A stretch of DNA of 39,950 bases from Catajapyx aquilonaris. Taxonomy: Eukaryota. The notes beneath the pieces are model-generated. The model searched no databases. It worked only from the letters and a program-made list of their open reading frames with translations, and was not told where the DNA came from. The position numbers and the translations under genes were made by a program. This document shows positions 33,425 through 39,950 of the stretch, one piece after another. The stretch lies in NCBI GenBank assembly GCA_000934665.2, contig JYFJ02000902.1, positions 62,001-101,950 on the forward strand, read 5' to 3'. Within the stretch, counting starts at the first letter, position 1. Each line of letters opens with the position of its first letter.

Positions 33425-36332
33425 TCAGGGAATGTTGAATTCTTTTCGAAGGTACTGGTTCCCTGCCATGTCTTCGAAAGGAATGTTGTTTCCAATCGCA
33501 ACTCCTCTTTCGAAAGCCAATTCGACGATACTGTCAATAATGTGAGGCTTCAAGGCGTCGATCATCTCTCGAGCACTCCTCTGGACCACAGAGTCAGCAG
33601 TCTCCTCTGAAAAATTATTCATTTCAAGAACGTTATTATGTTCTTCGTTGTCTGTTGAAAATAATGCTGCACTTGTACTGTACTGTAACTCACTAAGGAC
33701 GGGGTTTCCGTTGAAGAGATTGTTGAGCCTGAGTCCGATTTCGTTGTAGTCGAAATCGAAACCTGCCTTGGTCGGGTTCATCCGGTAGTCTCCGTTCACC
33801 ATCTTCACGTTGAACACCATGTAGCCGTTAACGTCCACGTTTCCTGATTTAATCACAAACGGAGATGGAAGATTAATTTATTATTGTCAGCAAAATTTCC
33901 GTTTTTCTGTAACGGCTGTCAGAGCCAAAAAGAAGTGCACGTATGGGTCGTACTTAGATTCATCCAGAAGGTGCCATCTCCCTGGAGAGGCAGGAACACG
34001 AAACTTGCGTTCAAAATGTATCGTCCGGTCAAACGAAAATCAGGTATGTGGAAGACGAACGTAGCGTTGTGGGTGTCGTAATCAAGTCTGCGGAATTATT
34101 AAAGTACAAAGTTACATTGTATGTCTTCAAAATTGTACGATCGGTGTTGGGAAGTTCAGCACTACATACTTCAACTTCGTGAGCTCCATCTCGTGAAAAC
34201 CCTTCACCTTCAAGTTGTAAAAGCTTCCGTCGATGTACGAGTTTGAGGCGATTTCTGTGATGTTGAATTCATCGATGTCCACTTCCTCCGATGGTGCCAG
34301 ACCGAACTCAGGAATACCTTACATACATTAAAATTACACGTTAATGTTATGTAAGGTGTTTCTCTTGATATGATCTCACCTTCGCCAAACTGTGGTTGAA
34401 GGTCGTTTATGAGCTTGACCAAACATGGCTCCAGCTCCTGGCGGGGAACTTCTTTGCATCTGGTCACAATGTCATCTGTGAAGAAGACCGTCACGTTTAT
34501 ATAGGGTTACGTTTATGTCAGATGAAAGCATTGTCAAGGAGAATCACTTTGAATATTATTCTCGGAACTCATCTGCCTACTGAATAACACCAAATATATT
34601 ATAAAGAAGTGCATATATAATTCTAGTATTACGGCCTGAATTACACAGCAATCCTTGTCACATGTAAGCGTTAATGTTAGTGCATATGCAGTGTTCTTTC
34701 TGATTTGGTAAAGCCAGCTTTTTAATATAGGAATATATTACAGTACTAATGAGAAGTAAAGCGAAATAATGTCTGATAATTAACTTTTTAAGTTAGTATC
34801 CATATAGTCTACTGCAGGTCTACAGTATGCAGTTTGTTTTATAATAATTACGACAACATTACATCGTGAAATCATGGGAATCAGGGAATTATAATCACAA
34901 GGGAATATTGTCATTTTTTGCAGCATAGTAATTAGCATGTACAGTATAACAAGTACTGAATTATATCACTCCTATACGTCATGGATGCAGCCTACTAGTC
35001 TAATGAGATGCTATAGCTTTTAATAATATGTCAATAATGTAAAAGGCAAGGTCGTTCGAAGGGGAGTATAACTGTCAGGATATGACCTGCTTTGGCAGCT
35101 CATTCTCTCATTATCGATACTTCGGAAGTTCGGAGCCCAATAATTATTGATGTCTCCACATTAGGAAGTTTGCCTGAATCATTATGAAACAACCTGCGTA
35201 ATTCCAAGATGATTAATATTTTAAAAGTGTATAACCGGTTCTTACAAGTATGTATATGTCATAAAACAAGTTATATTGCTTCATGCTGGTCTTAACCTTA
35301 CGATAGGCATACATGGTTCCATCGCATTTAAGTAGTTAATGTCAATTGCGTAATAATCTCAGTCCCCCCAAAACAGCCACTGTTCTCCCTCTCAGGCGTG
35401 CTTTAATTACCTCCCAGAACATGGGCATGCAAACTGTACACTCCTTTCTCCTTGATGAAGGGCATCACATATTACGTGGAGTATATACCTGACCAACATG
35501 GTAATTAAATCAGCAATGACATAACAACTATAATAATGTCGCACCCTTACTCCCAAGTGTAATAAATTGCCACAATACTTGTATTACATCCATTCAGCTT
35601 AATCAGCTGCAATGTGGAAGTTAGTAGCTAATTGCAAAAATAGTCGTTGCAAAATAATATTCTTGGCATTTTTTTGTATACCGATGCGTGCACATTTGTT
35701 GGCTGCGTTCAAGTCACAAAATATACATGAGTGTATGTTGCAGTTTAACTTAGCCTACGAAATGTGCACGTAGTTAAGAATCAAAAACAATGAATTAACA
35801 ATAACATGAGATAGTTATAAAATGTGCATTGAAATTTTTAAAAAACGACGGAATTATTAATTTAACGTAATTGTTGGTGTTCATTAAATATTTTCAAACC
35901 ACCGTTAATGCAGGTTATAGTTGTAACTGGCTTACCAGATTAGAAACGTAGTCGTGGTAAAAATAAATGAGGGGGAAAATATTGTAGGATGAATAAAATT
36001 AATGCTAGCGAAAAGCACATACTTCCTTAAAAATCTAAGAAGTACAAATATTTTACCACTGGTTAATAATGCCAAAAAGCTAATTATCGTGTGTCAGTGC
36101 ACAGTTAGATGTCGAAAAATGTTATAATTAAATACCGAGTTAGCTACTCCTTGCCCGAGTCACATCCTCTTCCCAAACGAGGACCACCTATTGCAATTAT
36201 TGGCAATGTCGTCCCTTAATCCCCGGGTAAAATGTTGACATCTGAGGCAGTACCTTTGGTAAGCTTGGCGAAGACGACCTCCCCAGTAAAGCAGAAGGCT
36301 GCTGCAAGAAGGTAAAGCAACAATCGTTCCAT
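33425..36332 (-). CDS. Secreted Takeout/JHBP-like, paralog 5, inverted (6 exons, about 262 aa)
   Basis: Exons 36332-36254, 34475-34380, 34317-34170, 34087-33954, 33843-33694 and 33606-33425. Signal peptide MERLLLYLLAAAFCFTGEVVFA; TRC...PCL; GIPEFGLAP; LPLQGDGTFW; RLNNLFNGNPVL; C-terminus MAGNQYLRKEFNIP. Confidence 0.85.
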
Positions 36333-38225
36333 CCTGTTGGCTCCGACGCAGGTTAGGTGTGAACCCGGCTCCTGAGCAGCCTCCGCTTTTTAAATGTTAA
36401 GAAGCAACTATATAGCTTACGTCAAGGGTAACACGTGCTTCTTTTTTCTCACCTTCATCTTATGTTGCTGAGTCTAGCATTGTGAACCTTCATTCCCCGA
36501 GAGAGATGCGGCATCAGGCAACGACCATTATCCTTTACCATTTTTTCTCCTCCTCGAAGATCAAGGTTTTTCTCGCTTTCAAGTAATACGGGTAGGCCAC
36601 CTTGAAATGTGTAACCTGCCTGGGGGCTAACCTCACTCGTCCTTGATCGACTTATGTGTTATATAACAGGGGTTGGGTTACATGACACTCAAGGGACATA
36701 CCCGCGGTACATACCTATATGGTGGTCACAATGAATCAGCAATGAATAACGTTCGTTACATACAAAGCAGATCATATTTTGAGTAAAGCAACTGCTGGAG
36801 AGAAAAAAAAGCTGAGTTTGTATATACTACCCAGCGTCCTTCCTCATGCTGCATTCCAAGTGTTACATTGCGACACTACACGGATGTACACGCTAATTAT
36901 AGTCAGTCGATTAGAAAAAACCGGTGTCGGAACAGACCTGTAAATGAGACAATGTCGTGTCTGACTGACCTTCGCGCAACTTTTATGGGTGACCAACAGG
37001 AAGACATGATCCGATGGTCATAAACGAGTTTTTGCACAAGGACCCCAAATTAGTCTCTAATTACGTTTTGAAATACGACCTTGTAGGTGCAATAATCCCG
37101 TCTCCATATTAAGTATATGGTCAGTATATCATATATAGTCCAGCATAATATTCTCTACTTTAAAAAAATGAAAAATGCATACTCGTTAAGTCTAAACACT
37201 TATAATTATGAAATTGAATTTTCCCTTAGCAACACACACTTATTCTGTGTTGCTTGAGCGAACTCTGGTTGCATAATCGAGGTAAATCCAGAAAAAGTGG
37301 TCGATTCCATCAGCATGTTACCAATGCAGGATTAATGAATTTTATTAGTGTTTTTTCGGCCTTTAGCTTCACTCATACTCAACATTTTCTTGCACAAAAA
37401 GGTTTTTATCCTGCCTACCTCCCTTGAACCGGGTAGCCATGAATGGACCTACCTCAATTTCGGTGTATATAGAGGTCGTTTTGTCTCTCATTTAGGACAA
37501 AAAAAAAGTATGTCAAGTACTTGACATTTAAGAAAATTACCCGTGGTGTGGGTCATGTTACTAAACAATGCTCAAATAAAAATTATTGAACTCATGCATT
37601 CTCAAAATATTTACGTGGAAGTAATTTCCGTTTATTATGCGTTTTCAACTAAATTTTTTAAATGTTTAGACAAACGTTTGACCTGAAATGTGTGGAGCAT
37701 AAGTCAAGGAGAATTTATAAATGAAACAGGTTGATTTTCTAAAGTTGAAAAATATCACGACGACATGGAATAACATATGATGATTTATAACAATAATTTT
37801 TCCACTTACACGATAATTCCCAAGTTGTTTTTTTTCCCCACTTATTCGCGCTCTGCTCTGAGGAGAAATAAGTTTCTTCCATACTGATATTATCGTGTCT
37901 CGTGAGATAATGATCGATGCGCCGTGGGAATGTGACTGGATGCGATTTACATAACCCTATAGAATGTTCATTTTCGATATTTCGAAATATTTTAATGGAA
38001 TAAAACTGGAGAAATATTACTTGAGGTGTTACGTATAATAAAAAAATGCTGCATAATTATAAGTCACACTAATGAGCACAAGATGTTTCCAAGAGAAAAG
38101 AAAATGTATCACCTACCGTGAAGGTCACTTTGGATTTTTGTGTCTACAACCACTTGAATGAAAAAAAAATTAAGATCATAAAATGTACCTCACTGTACAT
38201 TTCGTACTCCACTGCTACCTTTGCC

Positions 38226-38733
38226 CAAGGGGGTAGTCACTTCGGAGAGCCGGTGTACACCCTCACTGGTGAGCCGAGGAGAGCCGCAGAGAGCCGAAGA
38301 AAAACTACGTCATATTGACGTCATATATGATGAGGAGCAAATGGGCATTTGCTCTTCATCATATGACGTAATTATATGACGTCAATATGACGTAGTTTTT
38401 CTTCGGCTCTCTGCGGCTCTCTTCGGCTCTCTTCGGCTCTCTTCGGCTCTCTTCGGCTCTCTTCGGCTCTCTTCGGCTCTCTTCGGCTCTCTTCGGCTCT
38501 CTTCGGCTCTCTGCGGCTCTCTGCGGCTCTCCTCGGCTCTCCTCGGCTCTCCTCGGCATCGGTGAGCCCATAAGACCGTGGGTGAGCCTGCTGGTGAGCC
38601 GGGGGAGAGCCGCAGAGAGCCACAGAGAGCCGGGGGAGAGCCTCAGAGAGCATCAGAGAGCCGCAGAGAGCCGCAGAGAGCCGCAACTCAAGAGAGCCGG
38701 TGTACACTTTTTTGAGGAGTGACTACCCCCTTG
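38226..38733. mobile_element. 508-bp non-autonomous DNA transposon (P or hAT type) with an 8-bp TSD and an internal minisatellite
   Basis: TSD CCTTTGCC at 38218-38225 and 38734-38741. Perfect 16-bp TIR CAAGGGGGTAGTCACT / AGTGACTACCCCCTTG. Confidence 0.88.
38401..38550. repeat. 10-bp minisatellite (CTTCGGCTCT and variants), 15 units, inside the transposon
   Basis: Direct reading: CTTCGGCTCT, CTGCGGCTCT and CCTCGGCTCT units. The same motif appears inverted (AGAGCCG) at about 38252-38300 and 38605-38700. Confidence 0.92.
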
Positions 38734-39060
38734 CCTTTGCCCTTATAATAACGTCATTGCAGCCTACTAATTACGATGGTATCTTTGCATAAATTTTCAA
38801 GGGCACTCCAGCTGCGAACGTCATTACCGAAAACTAACGTGTGTGTTCGTCATAGTTTCCAAGTTTCTGAAGTGAAATATATACTGCAGACGCATCTTGA
38901 ATAATAGTCTTATTCTGAGAAAATATTCGTTAAAAATTGTAAGAAGGATTTTGCTGGAATAAGTTGGTGCCGAAAAATCGAACATGCTTAAACTTCTGGC
39001 CTATAATGCTCTGAAGGAGAACCAAACAATAATTGTTATCGAATTGTTTGTGGCGCACAT

Positions 39061-39094
39061 TCTCTCTCTCTCTCTCTCTCTCCCCCCCCCCCCC
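39061..39094. repeat. (TC)n microsatellite followed by poly-C
   Basis: TCTCTC... for about 11 units, then a C run. Confidence 0.8.
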
Positions 39095-39363
39095 AATATC
39101 TCATTACATCGCAATTTCTCAATTGCATTATAACGAGGGATTCGCCCTTGATTCTCCGTTCGTCGTTTCTGTCGTTGTACTTGTAAAGCATTCATTACCT
39201 TGAGCTGTGCGAAACCAGAAAGGTTAATATCCTGTATGGCTTATAGATACCAAAGTCGTTAAAAAAATTAATCATAAGAAATCATGCGATGATTGCAAAA
39301 AAATTGACCGCCTTGAAGGCTGCCGGTATTTCCCTGGCTATGATGTACCAGATGTAAATTTAA

Positions 39364-39607
39364 TAATTGGACGGTGTTATGCAATAACGGGTCGACCCAC
39401 AAAAATGTCAAAATTGGGTTAAGCCCAGGAACATACACCCAAAGGGTAGTACCTACTTCATTCAGTTAAAATCAAGGTATCGAAATATGCATTCTTCTGC
39501 CATAAAAAGGACACTGAATTAATTTCACAGGTATGACCTTAAAAGCCTTTTTTCTCAAAACTGGTCTCATTTGGGTTGACTCATTATTGCGTAACACCGT
39601 CCAATTA
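39364..39607. mobile_element. About 244-bp MITE with 35-bp imperfect terminal inverted repeats
   Basis: TAATTGGACGGTGTTATGCAATAACGGGTCGACCCA versus TGGGTTGACTCATTATTGCGTAACACCGTCCAATTA. The TSD could be TA or AATT; superfamily unresolved. Confidence 0.75.
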
Positions 39608-39950
39608 GAGGGACTTACCACTCGCGATCTCATCAGGCGCACATCTAGAGAATATGGGAATGAAAATAATCACTTTTCATCGCAGATAATTACAAGTATA
39701 GTCTTACTCTAGATGAGCTATCTAGGATGCATCAATATAATTTAGTTCTATACAGTATAAGTAGGCCTAGATCTCTAGATATGATAATATAGGTTGTAAT
39801 CACGTGTAATTCCTCGCAGTATATACCCTCCTGAGACCAAATGTCCATTTGAATGGACATCTGGAAAAGTTTTTTTGGCGCCAACTAGTGATGCCAACAG
39901 AACTGTAATCTGTTGGTATCCCATGATTACAATCTGGCCTCAATAGCTGT

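Noticed and set aside
38359..38707. ORFs encoding repeated AEESRREPKR peptides; possible CRISPR-like array
   Set aside because: These are translations of a 10-bp minisatellite inside a TIR/TSD-bounded transposon. There are no unique spacers or cas genes, and the context is eukaryotic.

Overview
Eukaryotic, intron-rich DNA, most likely from an arthropod (inferred from the Takeout/JHBP-like genes and the many 55-110 nt introns). I assembled exon chains by hand using GT/AG boundaries and reading-frame phase. From left to right: (1) the 5' part of a BLOC1S5/Muted gene on the minus strand, which the ORF track misses completely; (2) head-to-head with it, a complete 13-exon ASAP-type ArfGAP gene (BAR-PH-ArfGAP-ankyrin-Pro-rich-SH3, about 1261 aa); (3) tail-to-tail with ASAP, a complete 9-exon LRRC6/tilB/DNAAF11 dynein assembly factor gene (about 426 aa) with a candidate X-box plus forkhead promoter module; (4) a cluster of five divergent secreted Takeout/JHBP-like paralogs (four on +, one on -; 258-268 aa) showing paralog-specific intron differences, one GC-AG intron and a shared C-terminal motif; (5) about eight short non-autonomous inverted-repeat elements (MITEs), several with clear target-site duplications and three in probable 3' UTRs. 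No prokaryotic-type system (CRISPR, operon) is supported. Gene identities come from my recall of family motifs, not from database searches.
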